Made by a program: the position numbers and the translations under genes
DNA from: an uncultured Chloroflexia bacterium
Lineage (GTDB): Bacteria > Chloroflexota > UBA6077 > JACCZL01
Assembly (NCBI GenBank): GCA_963765765.1
Contig: CAVXYC010000023.1
Location: 96,001-160,000 of the forward strand
Direction: 5' to 3'
Length of the DNA stretch: 64,000 bases
The notes under the pieces: model-generated
What the model was told of the DNA's origin: nothing
What the model saw: only the letters and a program-made list of their open reading frames with translations
Databases searched by the model: none
In this document: positions 44,651 to 54,958 of the stretch, one piece after another
Numbering within the stretch: position 1 is the first letter of the stretch
Layout: each line of letters begins with the position of its first letter

Positions 44651-45021
44651 ATTCAGGACCGGTGGCCTAGCCGCGTAAGCCCAGAACGCTTGCAATAGCT
44701 AGGGGCGTTTGTTCAGGCCTCGCGCCTCCGAGCCTCGAATTGTGTGTGGGCTCCGAACTGATGCTCGACCCCGTGACCTGTTTCGTACGTTCCGCAATTG
44801 GCCAGTTCTCTCCTCGTCGCGGTCCCGCCAATTGGAAAATGCTCGGGGAAGCGACGCACTTGGTGTCTTCGGCTCGGTGGTTGATACGGTCAGTGTCCAA
44901 AGAGTCAGCGCGGCGACAGACTAGACGGCACGAGTCAACTGTGGCATAAGTTTCCGTAACAACACGTTGCCGCGGGCGAATTCAGCGATTCGGCGGCTCA
45001 GCTCGAGGAGGAGACTGGTCC

Positions 45022-46095
45022 ATGCCAACGATTGACTCAGATGCTCATGTGGTGGAGAGCATCCATACATGGGAGCACATGGACCCGTCTGAGCGGGAGT
45101 TCATGCCTCAGCTTGTGCGTCCGTCCGGCGATGGCAAGCGCGAGTACTGGATGATCGACGGGAAGCTTCGCGGTCTGGCTCGACAAGTCATCAATACTGA
45201 GCAGTTTCAGGAGCTGTCAGAGCGTGCCGGGCGGAGAATGGATACTCCGCAGGAAACGCGCGAAATGGAGAACATCCCCGCTCGACTCAAGCATATGGAC
45301 GAGCTGGGAGTGGATATTCAGGTGCTCTACCCCACCGTCTTCATCGAGCACGTGGCCGATCGACCAGAGGTCGAGATCGCTCTGTGCAAGAGCTACAACC
45401 GCTGGATGGCGGACATCTGGGAGCAGGGCAAAGGTCGTCTTCGCTGGGTGACGCCCTTACCGCTTCAGACCATCGACGAGGCGGTGGCGCAGCTCAAGTT
45501 TGCTCACGAGCACGGTGCTTGTGCTGTCTTCATGCGCGGCATTGAGGGCCAGCGCCTGACCCACGATCCGTACTTCGACCCGGTGTTCCATGCGGCCAGC
45601 GAGCGGAACATGGCCATTGGAGTTCACATCGCCAACTCTAATCCGTACATGTGTGACGTACTTTCTCAGCGCAACGGTGGCGGCGCCTTCTGGAAATTCC
45701 GGCTTTCGAATGTTGGATCATTTCATTCGCTCATCATGAATGGACTGCCACAGCGCTTTCCCAACCTCCGAGTCGTTTACGCCGAGGCGGCCGCGCAGTG
45801 GGTCCCGTTCGTACTCAAGGACCTAAAACGGCGTTGGGCTGCTCAGGGCAAAGAGTTTCCGGCCGATGCCATGCATCAGTTCGGCCTTTATGTCACATTC
45901 CAGAACGATGACGATATCGACTACCTGATCAAGTACGTGGGCGAGGACAACGGCCTGATTGGCACCGACTACGGCCACAACGATCAGTCAACAGAGATCG
46001 AGGCCATCCGCAACCTACGCACCAGCGGCATTCTGAACGAAGAGCAATATCGGAAGATTACCTGGGACAATCCGAAGGCGCTGTACGGGCTGTAG
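45022..46095 (+). CDS. Amidohydrolase_2 family protein
   Basis: IDSDAHVVE, RLKHMDELGVDIQVLYPT, YNRWMAD and GTDYGH. Confidence 0.9.
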   Translation: MPTIDSDAHVVESIHTWEHMDPSEREFMPQLVRPSGDGKREYWMIDGKLRGLARQVINTEQFQELSERAGRRMDTPQETREMENIPARLKHMDELGVDIQVLYPTVFIEHVADRPEVEIALCKSYNRWMADIWEQGKGRLRWVTPLPLQTIDEAVAQLKFAHEHGACAVFMRGIEGQRLTHDPYFDPVFHAASERNMAIGVHIANSNPYMCDVLSQRNGGGAFWKFRLSNVGSFHSLIMNGLPQRFPNLRVVYAEAAAQWVPFVLKDLKRRWAAQGKEFPADAMHQFGLYVTFQNDDDIDYLIKYVGEDNGLIGTDYGHNDQSTEIEAIRNLRTSGILNEEQYRKITWDNPKALYGL

Positions 46096-46152
46096 CTGCG
46101 ACGAACGACGGCGCACCGCAGGCAAACGCTTCCTATAGCTACCGATAATCTA

Positions 46153-47356
46153 TTGATAACTGAGACTTTCCTCGAGACGGATGAGGTCGTCCGCCATCCC
46201 TCGTCTCTCTCTCGCGACATACAGCCGCGCGCCGTTGCTGGCATCGCAGCAATCCTTGCTGTGGCGTTCCTGACTGCGGTCCTTGCGCCGCAGCACTTCG
46301 ATCTATCCGCGCTGGTGAATGCCGGCACATCGCTCAGTGACTCCGTGTCGGTTCCGCCCAGCCTGACAACTATTCGTCAGGGGAACGGGTATGACGGTCA
46401 GTTTTCATATCGACTGGCGCTGGATCCCTTTACGGCAGAGCGCGCGGCGGAGGGCATGTCTCTCGATCTGCCAGCATACCGCCAGCAGCGGATTCTGTAT
46501 CCAGCCATCGCGTGGGTACTATCGCTCGGTCGATCGACGCTTCTTCCAGCAATTCTCGCGCTGATCAATGTGGCAGCGTTCGCGACGCTGGCCTGGCTGG
46601 GTGCGCACTACGCACGGCTCCATGGACGTCGAGCCCTCTGGGGGCTTGCGATCGCAGCCTTCCCCGCGTCCATCATTGCGCTGGCCAATGACCTTGGCGA
46701 GATTCTGCTCACGGTCTGCCTGGTGACGGCGGCTATCGCAATGGAGCGAAGTAAGCCGGTGGCCACCACCCTGGCACTAAGCCTTGGCCGTTCTCTCGCA
46801 CGAGCATGGAATCCTGCTCGTGCTCGCCGTGGCGCTCGTGACCGCCTGTGCGCCAGAGCTGCGTAGCCGAGGATGGTGGTTGACGTGGCTCATTCCTCTT
46901 GGCTTGTTCGTCGTCTGGCAGATCCATCTCACGACCCTGTGGAGCGAAACTCCGATTCGCGTATCGATCGGATTCTTGAGCGGTCCATTCCGTGGCATTG
47001 TGTCGGTCGCACTTCACCTTATTACGTCGGATACCACAACTGACATCCTTCAGCTCGCAGGCTTTGCTTTTGCGCTGGCGCTTCCCGCGGCATGTCTCTG
47101 GGCGCTGCGCACCACGGGTTCCCACCGCGCCATTTGCATGGGCTGGGTTTTTGCCACCGCGCTGCTCTTTCTCGGCACGGGGATTGTTTGGGAAGCGGAG
47201 CTCTCGTTCTGGCGGGCGGCGGCAGCGCCGCTAACGCTTGGTGCGCTGGTCTTGCTTGGGTCACGCACGTGGATGGCGCCGGTGACGCTTCTCGCTGGCT
47301 GTGCGTTTGGCATCGTTACGGCGACGCGAATTGTATGGACCGTCTGGCACGGATAG
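46153..47356 (+). CDS. Membrane protein, AZOBR_p60025-like cell-surface glycopolymer (GT-C-like) family; frameshift near 46785
   Basis: GYDGQFSYRLALDP and AYRQQRILYPAIAW motifs; multiple TM helices over two ORFs. Confidence 0.65.
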
Positions 47357-47470
47357 GGCGGTGCCCTATGCATGTGCCGCCCAATACGTTTGAGTCGGAC
47401 GCGCTAGCCTGGCCCGCCAAATGGCCGACTATACTGGCGATATAGAGCCGGACGGGGGTTCCGACGTACC

Positions 47471-47974
47471 GTGCATCGTCATTTGCTTACGCTCTGCAGC
47501 CTGCTCGCGCTCGCGTGTAGCGTATGGCCCTTGCCCGCTCACGCCCAGGCGAGCATTCCCGAAGCCTGCGTCGATGTTCTGGCCACTGAAGAGAATCGAT
47601 GGGATGGAATACCCATGGATGTCTTCGTATGGGACGGCGCCGCGATCAACCTAGGCGAGATTGACGTCAATCCAATCTCTCTCTGTCGCGCTTCTGGACC
47701 GCTTGAGATCTTGCCCCCCTCTCAGCTCATTGGCTGCGTTCTCGTTGGGGTGACCCCGGCGCGGGTGGGCGATGATCTCGCATGCGGCGCTTATCGGGAG
47801 ATTCGCCTGCTGGACGATGGCTCACTCTTGTGGATTGCTCGCAGCAGTGCCGCCTCAAATGAGGTCATGGTTCTCCCGTGGGACGGCGTGCGTTTCTTCC
47901 GTGGATCCACATACACCGCGTGCTGGGATGACCCACTGACTCCTATCGTCGATCCCATCGATTGCGGACGATAG
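47471..47974 (+). CDS. Secreted Cys-rich hypothetical protein
   Basis: Signal peptide ending AHA-QA; six Cys in the mature part. Confidence 0.5.
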   Translation: MHRHLLTLCSLLALACSVWPLPAHAQASIPEACVDVLATEENRWDGIPMDVFVWDGAAINLGEIDVNPISLCRASGPLEILPPSQLIGCVLVGVTPARVGDDLACGAYREIRLLDDGSLLWIARSSAASNEVMVLPWDGVRFFRGSTYTACWDDPLTPIVDPIDCGR

Positions 47975-48060
47975 TGCTGTAGCATCTCGAGTCATCGCTC
48001 TTGAGTGGGCGGGTGACGCGCACAACAATTGGTTCAACGCAGCTACGTGAGGAGCCGCTC

Positions 48061-49098
48061 ATGCACATTGGCATCGGCCTGGACCAGCGCCTTCGGTTGT
48101 CGTTCGATGAACAGAAGACACTCGTCGCGGAGGCGACGCGCCTGGGTTATCAGTCGGCCTGGACGCCACACAACGTCACACAGGACGGTTTCCAGATATG
48201 CAGTCACTGGTGGCGTACGAGCGACGAGATCAGTCCAGGCGGAATCGGTACTGGTATCTCCGTGGTGCCGGTGCCAGGCTGGTCGCCCGTCAATCTCGCC
48301 GTCGCGGCCGGGACGGTGGCAGAGCACAGCGGCGGGAAGTTCATTCTTGGCGTGGGTTCCGGATCGATCTACGACGAGAATGCTCGGCGTCAGAACAACT
48401 GGCCGGCGCTCAAGCCGATTGGCATGATGCGCGAGTATCTCACGGCCTTGCGCACGCTTCTGGATGGCCAGCCCTTGAATCACGAAGGCACGGCGTTCAC
48501 AGTGCGCGGTGCTTCGCTGTCGTTCAAGCCGCCGCGCGTGCCGATCTACCTGGGGGCACTTGGCCCACAAATGGTGCGCCTGGCGGGTGAGCTTGCGGAT
48601 GGCGTAGCGTTGAATTGGTCATCGGCGGATCAAATCGCCTGGAGTCGCGAGCAGGTTGCAGAGGGCGCGCGCCGGGCCGGTCGAGATCCCGCGCAGGTGA
48701 ACATCATGCAGTACATCCGCATCTGCGTTGACGAGGACGAAGACGTGGCGCGCAGGGCGTACACAAAGGCGACACTGGGCTATGCGATGGCTCGCCCGGG
48801 TGCTTCGCTGGAGCACGGATATCGCGGGCACTTCGGCCGAATGGGCTTCGAAGATTCACTGCGAGAGCTTGAAGCGATGCGCGATCGTGGTGAGTCAGAA
48901 GACGCGATCATCGAAGCGTTCCCCCGAGACCTGCTACTTAAGGTGGGCTACTACGGAACGCCCACTGGTGCGAAGGCCGCGTTCACCCGCATTGCCGAGG
49001 GACTCGACACCGCCGTGGTGCGCGTCGTAGCCGCGCGGCCGGGCGTCGACTCAGTGGCCGCGGTAATGAAGGCGTGTGCGCCAGGGGCGAGTAAGTAG
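48061..49098 (+). CDS. LLM-class (probably F420-dependent) oxidoreductase
   Basis: RBS GAGGAG; GKFILGVGSG, MREYL and PIYLGALGPQMVRLAGELADG. Confidence 0.9.
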   Translation: MHIGIGLDQRLRLSFDEQKTLVAEATRLGYQSAWTPHNVTQDGFQICSHWWRTSDEISPGGIGTGISVVPVPGWSPVNLAVAAGTVAEHSGGKFILGVGSGSIYDENARRQNNWPALKPIGMMREYLTALRTLLDGQPLNHEGTAFTVRGASLSFKPPRVPIYLGALGPQMVRLAGELADGVALNWSSADQIAWSREQVAEGARRAGRDPAQVNIMQYIRICVDEDEDVARRAYTKATLGYAMARPGASLEHGYRGHFGRMGFEDSLRELEAMRDRGESEDAIIEAFPRDLLLKVGYYGTPTGAKAAFTRIAEGLDTAVVRVVAARPGVDSVAAVMKACAPGASK

Positions 49099-49119
49099 AT
49101 CTCGTCCTGGAAGACCTTG

Positions 49120-49224
49120 CGAGACCCCACCCCAGCCCTCCCCGCGCGGCAGGGAGGGAGCATGTCTGTTATTATTGGTCCGGCTCCCTCCCTGCCGCGC
49201 GGGGAGGGCTGGGGTGGGGTCTCG
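49120..49224. repeat. REP-like doublet, family A, copy 1
   Basis: CCCCACCCCAGCCCTCCCCGCGCGGCAGGGAGGGAGC ... GCTCCCTCCCTGCCGCGCGGGGAGGGCTGGGGTGGGG between convergent genes. Confidence 0.85.
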
Positions 49225-49240
49225 CCGTACGGGTGCCGGA

Positions 49241-49794
49241 TCACCGAAACGCGTAGATAAAGTCCACTGGCGCGCCGGCCACTTTGATCCAGCGGGTATC
49301 GATCTGGCCGCGCTTCCAGTTCTTATCTCGAACATACACCCAGCCGTTGGTGTATTCCTCCACCCAGGCTACGTGGCCGAGCGACGGGAGGGTTGTCTTG
49401 TAGACGACCCCGTCATTGCGCTTGATCTCGTACTTGTAGCCTGGTGGCGATTGCATGACCAGAACGGAATTCACTTCGGGCTTCTTGCCCACGGTCCACC
49501 CAGCGGCGCGCGCCTCCGCGGTCCATTTGTAGGCACTGCCGCGCACCTTCATCCAGAGGCCCGTCGCCTCGTACATCCTATCGAGGGCATATGCGGTGCA
49601 ATACGCACCATACCGGCAGCGCGAAAGACGTTTTGACCCCACGTCCGCCGCAATGGCCGCAGTCGAGCGGCGGCCGTCTCAGGGGCCGTCGTCTTCGTAT
49701 CTGCCGTGGCATACGCCGTTTCGCTAATCAGTGGTGTGAGCGCGCATGCTCCCACCATTTGCGCAAACGACTTCAAAAATTTTCTCTTGTCCAA
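49241..49794 (-). CDS. CHAP-domain peptidoglycan hydrolase with Tat-like leader (frameshifted)
   Basis: MDKRKFLKSFAQMVGACAL...AYA leader; YCTAYA, GSAYKW and GHVAWVE catalytic Cys/His/Glu. Confidence 0.75.
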
Positions 49795-49923
49795 CCTCGA
49801 TCTCCATCTCCTCGCCCGGGAGAGCATGCTGCACTTTAACTTGCAAAACGCCAGAAATGGAGGAGGTGATCCAGCCCATCAGGGTAGTTTCTGTAGGCCC
49901 TTGTCCGATCAGATTCCAAGTCA

Positions 49924-49952
49924 TTGACACGGGGAGGAAGCGTCATTAGCAT
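49924..49952 (+). promoter_or_regulatory. Sigma70-type promoter of the cupin gene
   Basis: TTGACA-17 bp-TAGCAT. Confidence 0.55.
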
Positions 49953-49993
49953 CCCCGTTTAGGTCAGTCAGATGTACTAACGCGGAGGCGCGG

Positions 49994-50404
49994 ATGAACA
50001 AGTATGTGGTTCACTTCAACGAGGGAGTGAAAGGCAAGCTGCCCGTTCCGGGCGGCGGAGGCGATTTCTGCATTCTCATCGACAAGCAGATGAGTGGCGC
50101 TGAGCATTTCTCGCTCCTGGTCAACTCGTTCCAGCCCGGCTACGTGGGACCGATGCACCAGCATGAGGTCGAGCACGCCTGGTACATCCTGAGCGGTCAG
50201 GGCACCATCACGATCGGTGACGAAACCTGGGATATCGGCCCTGATATGGCGATCTTTGCGCCCATCGGCGTGCCGCACCAGGTTGCGTGCACTGGCAATG
50301 AGCCCATGCGCTACGTGGTGGTTTACGCGCCTGCAGGACCGGAGCAGGATCTACGGGAGCGTGGAGATCAGGCCTTCAGCGGTTATGGAGAGAAGAAAAC
50401 TTAG
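49994..50404 (+). CDS. Cupin domain protein
   Basis: HQHEVEHAWYILSGQG and PIGVPH. Confidence 0.9.
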   Translation: MNKYVVHFNEGVKGKLPVPGGGGDFCILIDKQMSGAEHFSLLVNSFQPGYVGPMHQHEVEHAWYILSGQGTITIGDETWDIGPDMAIFAPIGVPHQVACTGNEPMRYVVVYAPAGPEQDLRERGDQAFSGYGEKKT

Positions 50405-50431
50405 AGGCTCAGCGACTTATGTATTTGGGCG

Positions 50432-50698
50432 TCAGGATGGGTTGAGCCAGGGATCCGCGCCGGGGTCCCTGCCTTCGCCAGCCACGACGAGCCGTTCCAG
50501 GTAATGCTCCCAGCCAATTGCGTGCTGCTCAGCAGCCTCAGCGGGCAGCCCACGGTGCGTTAGTCGCACGAGCGTGCTCTTGCCCTCAGCGATAAGATCC
50601 ACCTCCACGCGGGTTGAGCCGGGCGGAATGAATACGAGCTCCGGCGGCGCCGAAATTCGCACTTCGCGAACCACAGCGTCTTGCTGCTCAGTGGTCAT
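50432..50698 (-). pseudogene. SRPBCC/AHSA1 protein with in-frame internal deletion
   Basis: VVREVRISAPPELVF is joined directly to IPPGSTRVEVDL...TLVRLTHRGLP...HAIGWEHYLERL; only 88 aa. Confidence 0.65.
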
Positions 50699-51005
50699 GC
50701 CCGATTCCTCCGCGCTCCAATTCCGCGACCTCCTTGAGTCGTGCCAGGCTGTCGCCCCACAGCTCATCAAGAAATTCGCGCAATTCGGTAAAGCGCTCAG
50801 GGCGTGCCCGGTAGAGGCGCCGCGTTCCCAGTCGTCGTTCCACGATGAGCCCCGCATCCTTCAAGATGCGTAGGTGTTGGGATATCGCTGGACGCGACAC
50901 ATCAAAGCACGCGGCGATTTCTCCCGCGGTGTGCTCTGAATCGAGGACAATGCGCAGAATATCCCGACGTCTTGGCTCCGCTATGGCCCGAAGCGCTCTA
51001 TCCAT
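50688..51005 (-). CDS. ArsR/SmtB family regulator
   Basis: ALRAIAEPRRRDIL and SRPAISQHLRILKDAGLI; typical pairing with SRPBCC. Confidence 0.9.
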   Translation of the reverse strand: MDRALRAIAEPRRRDILRIVLDSEHTAGEIAACFDVSRPAISQHLRILKDAGLIVERRLGTRRLYRARPERFTELREFLDELWGDSLARLKEVAELERGGIGHDH

Positions 51006-51136
51006 CCGCTTTAAATTAAGCGAACCCTTACAAAGTGGGCAAATTCGCACCCGGGGCTACTTGTTGTGATGCACACTTCGAACTCAGGCGTCCTTCGACC
51101 GCGTTGTGGTACGGTCCCTCCAAGGAGTGACTATTA

Positions 51137-52656
51137 ATGGCCGAGACGTTGCGATTCTCCGAAGTGTTTGCCGGTACGGCGGGTGAGGTGATGCCGCTGG
51201 CGATCCGTGTCGGCGACGCCGTTTACTCCTGGCGTATTTCGGGCCTGGGGCCCGCCGCCGCCAAAGCCCCGGCGAGCCGGTCCAGTAACGCAGATGGGGC
51301 AAGCTATCAAGAACATGCAAGCTGTCCTCGATGCAGCTGGGCTGAGTGTGGACAACGTGGCTCGAGCCACGGGTTACATCCGCGATCCCGGTGACCGCGA
51401 AGTCGTGTATGAGCCGTGGGATGCGCTCTATCCGGACCCTCAGGACCGCCCGGCGTTTAAGGTCCTCATTGACGCGCTGCCGGAGGGCGTCGAGGCCTGG
51501 ATGCAGATGCTTGCCTATGCGGGGGCGCGACGATCGCGATTTGATATCGAAGGCGTCTCGGCTCGAGACCCCACGGTGAAACTGGGGCCGTGGGTGTTCA
51601 GCTCACGCGTTCACGGTACTGATCGATCCACAAAATCAGTGCCGTCCGGAGCGGAGGCGCAGGTCAAGCTTGCCTATGAGAATCTGAAGACCTTGATCGA
51701 GCTCGCGGGCGGATCTACTCGGGATATCAAGCAGATCACGGCCTACATGCGTGAGCTGGATGTTGCGCAAACGGTGGACGCTCGTCTGCGCGAGCTCACC
51801 GAGGTGGAGCTTCCCGGCGTTGCCAAGCGAATCGTGCAATCGTTCGTACGGCCCGAGATGGAAGTAATGCTGGAGATGAGTGCCGCACTTCTGGACGGTC
51901 CGGCATTCCTGGAAATGAGCACGCCGCTCTCGCCGGGTCGGCCGGTGCCTGCCGGTGTGCAGATTGGTCCCGTCATCTACCTGCCTGAGCTACGCGGCGT
52001 AGATTTCGCCAGCGGCGAGCTACTGCAGGGCTACGAGCAGCAGATCAGGCAATCGCTCCGCAATGCCGAGCTGACCCTTGAGCAGACTGGCGCGACGCTG
52101 GACAACGTGGCTCACGCGACGGTGTACGTGCGGGAGCTCGGTCCGGGTCATGAAGCGCTCAATAAGATCTGGCCCGAGTTCTTTCCCGACGCGGCGGACC
52201 GTCCGCCGCACAAGTACCTACCCGCGTCATTGCCCGGAAGGCGTGCTGACACAAGTGCACGTTACTGCGATTCGTGGCTCCCGCCGCACGGTGCTCGAGA
52301 TCCCGGGCATGAAGCACGGCGATCCAATGTCCATGGGAGCGCGGATCGGGTCCATGATCTTTTCATCGCGGGTAGTGGGGACTGATACCAGGACTGGTTC
52401 CATGCCCGAATCGCCGGCGGAGCAGGCTAGCCTGGCGTTCGAAAACGTGAAAACGTTGCTGAAGCAGGCGGGCGCGGACATCGCGAACCTGACTCAAGTG
52501 AACGCCTTTGTTCCCGACGCTAGCCATCGTGACGTTGTGCAGGCAGCTTTCGCCAAGCGCTTTCCGAATGCCGCGAGTGCGCCAGCATTCAACGTGCTCG
52601 AGGTTGATCTACCGGCCGGTGCGGTGGTTCGGCTGGAGATTACCGCCAGCCTCTGA
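51137..52656 (+). CDS. Four-domain Rid (YjgF/YER057c/UK114) family protein (2 frameshifts)
   Basis: Four repeats of R/K.G..(V/I)(Y/F)S...Q...A..N....L..AG....N(V/I)..(V/I) spread across ORFs 51137, 51207 and 52078. Confidence 0.75.
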
Positions 52657-52659
52657 GCT

Positions 52660-52741
52660 GAGAGGTCAGGGGCTAGAGGTTAGGGGCTATGGACCGGCTC
52701 CGATCGTCTTTCACTCCTTGACCTCTAGTCCCTGACCTCTC
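52660..52741. repeat. Heptamer-based inverted repeat between convergent genes
   Basis: GAGAGGTCAGGGGCTAGAGGTTAGGG ... CCTTGACCTCTAGTCCCTGACCTCTC. Confidence 0.65.
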
Positions 52742-52743
52742 GT

Positions 52744-53049
52744 CTATCGTGCTGAGCGAACGCTGTCCAGTGTGAAATGGCCGACGCCGAGGGCCTGGGT
52801 CACTCGCCACTCGTAAATCTCGCATTCGCGCCAACCGCGCTCGACCCATGGGTGCGTCTTCACGAGCGCCTCGGCTTCTTCGCGCGATCCAACGTGGAGA
52901 ATCCAGATGCCCACACCCTCGGTGGTTGGGCCCGAAAAGAGGACTTTGCCTGCCTCGTGCTGAGTCTTCATCCAGGCAAGGTTATCCGGCTCGGTTCCCG
53001 CGATCGTTTCGCGCGGAACAATGCTCTTGCTCATGACGACGTACCACAT
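52744..53049 (-). CDS. YciI-like protein
   Basis: GKVLFSGP and SREEAEALVKTHPWVERG; the usual His is replaced (DNLAW). Confidence 0.75.
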   Translation of the reverse strand: MWYVVMSKSIVPRETIAGTEPDNLAWMKTQHEAGKVLFSGPTTEGVGIWILHVGSREEAEALVKTHPWVERGWRECEIYEWRVTQALGVGHFTLDSVRSAR

Positions 53050-53201
53050 GGTTTAGCCTCCTCACTTCGATGCAATCGTACTACGGCCCCTTAGTCGCTT
53101 AGATGCATAATGCTGGCATCCGACAACTCCACTCGGCGTTGGATGAGCCACCAGCGAAGTCCACGCCGACCGTACGACCGAACCCCTGGAGGTGACGCAC
53201 C

Positions 53202-54803
53202 ATGGCGGTGACGATGGCAGCGCCAGCGCAGCACGAGCCAGACGGCGCCTATTCGCGGCTGGAGGAACGGATTCTCGCGCGCGATCAGGTCGGCGCCAGC
53301 TCAATCTTCTATGAGCTGATCAAGGCAGGCCGGCCTGTTGATGAGCTGGTCCGCGAGACTGTTCGGATCCACGCGCCCTTCACCCATGTGCCGTTTCACC
53401 AATGGAATGACAACGGCGACATTCGGTTCGTCAACAACGACCATTGCCTGCTAAGCATGCGCGCCGCTCTCCAGCTAAAAAAGCTCGTGCCAGATGAAGC
53501 CGCCTTTCTACCGATGGCCCAGACCATCTGGTACATCCCAACCGGACTGGATCCGTGGAACCAGGTGCGTGGTCTTGCTCCCGGTCACTACAACCGCGTC
53601 TACAACACGGAGCTCTCAGGTACGCCAACGCCGCCCGTCGCGCACTGGGTCGACGGCGAAGCGCGGCCCTCAGATGGCTCGTTGCAGGAGCGGCTCGACC
53701 ACTGGCTGACCCTGGTAATGCGCTGTCAGGTGGACGAAGCGTACGGGGCGTTTCTCAACCTGCTGGAAAATCCGGCCGATCGCGAGAAAGTGCTGGCCCA
53801 ATTGATGTTCGCCGGCCTTATCGATGTGCAGGATCGGACGGTTTTCCGGCTGTCGTTCACCACGGGGCACCGCTCGTACCGGGCTCGCGCGACGATCGAG
53901 CTGGCGGAGACCGTTGGTTGGGACAAGGCCCACGATGTCATCTACGCCGGCGTGATGGATCTTGGGGTCGGGCCGCACTGGTACTCGATGTACGAGATGG
54001 CCTGTACTTTCAGCCGCGTGGTCTTGCAGGGCCAGGACGTCGAGATGCGGCACAAGAACGTTAAGCCGCTTTCACGCCGTGACGTCAAGCAGACGATCGA
54101 CGTAATCCAACATGGGAACGAGATTTCGGTCGTCAAGCACATTGGTGAATTGCTTCAAGCTGGCAAGTCGCTTCGGTCGATTATCGACGCGATTCAGCTG
54201 GCGGCAACGGAGACGATCCTCGAATGCGGTTCGCCACTGGCCTACAACATGCCGATGCATGCCTACGAGTACGTCAACACCGTCCGTTGGTTTTACGACC
54301 GCTTCGATCACCCGCACATGACGAAACTGCTGTTCGTCGCGGGCTCGTTCGTTAACGAGGTCTACCAGGGCCAGCAGGCGTTCCCCGGCAACGGCCCACG
54401 CCACATCAAGGCGCCGCGCGCCGCCAGCGGCTGGTCACAGGGGCAGCTGCTGGAGAAGCTGGACGAGGCCATTGTCGGACTGCGGCCGGATGACGCGGTG
54501 GCGCTGGTGCAGGCCTATCTAAAGGCGGAGCACGATCACCAGCCGTTGATTTCTACAATCGCCTACGGGGCCAGCAAGATGGGCAACGATCCGCACAATC
54601 AGGAGATTAGTCTCGTGCAATTGGAAGACTTCCAACGGAATACCCACGCCGGCCGAGAGCGTCTCCTGATGGGGGCCGCAGCGTTTGCGGCCGGGCATCG
54701 CAAGTACGCTGATCCACTCGAATCGTATCGGCGCTTCGCCGAGTCGATGGGAATCTCCACGCGCCAGGAAGCAAAGGACGACGGCGATGTGGAGGAGGCT
54801 TAA
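53202..54803 (+). CDS. Hypothetical all-helical protein with repeated His motifs
   Basis: 533-aa clean ORF with RBS GGAGG; no family recognised. Confidence 0.75.
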   Translation: MAVTMAAPAQHEPDGAYSRLEERILARDQVGASSIFYELIKAGRPVDELVRETVRIHAPFTHVPFHQWNDNGDIRFVNNDHCLLSMRAALQLKKLVPDEAAFLPMAQTIWYIPTGLDPWNQVRGLAPGHYNRVYNTELSGTPTPPVAHWVDGEARPSDGSLQERLDHWLTLVMRCQVDEAYGAFLNLLENPADREKVLAQLMFAGLIDVQDRTVFRLSFTTGHRSYRARATIELAETVGWDKAHDVIYAGVMDLGVGPHWYSMYEMACTFSRVVLQGQDVEMRHKNVKPLSRRDVKQTIDVIQHGNEISVVKHIGELLQAGKSLRSIIDAIQLAATETILECGSPLAYNMPMHAYEYVNTVRWFYDRFDHPHMTKLLFVAGSFVNEVYQGQQAFPGNGPRHIKAPRAASGWSQGQLLEKLDEAIVGLRPDDAVALVQAYLKAEHDHQPLISTIAYGASKMGNDPHNQEISLVQLEDFQRNTHAGRERLLMGAAAFAAGHRKYADPLESYRRFAESMGISTRQEAKDDGDVEEA

Positions 54804-54834
54804 TACTGCCCGTATTCGAGCAAACCCACTTCAG

Positions 54835-54945
54835 GAGGGACCCCACCCCAGCCCTCCCCGCTGCGGCAGGGAGGGAGCCGGATGCTCCTTTTTCTTAAAC
54901 ACGCTCCCTCCCTGCCGCAGCGGGGAGGGCTGGGTGGGGTCCCTC
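54835..54945. repeat. REP-like doublet, family A, copy 2
   Basis: CCCCACCCCAGCCCTCCCCGCTGCGGCAGGGAGGGAGC and its reverse complement, between convergent genes. Confidence 0.85.
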
Positions 54946-54958
54946 GTACAAGCAAAGC

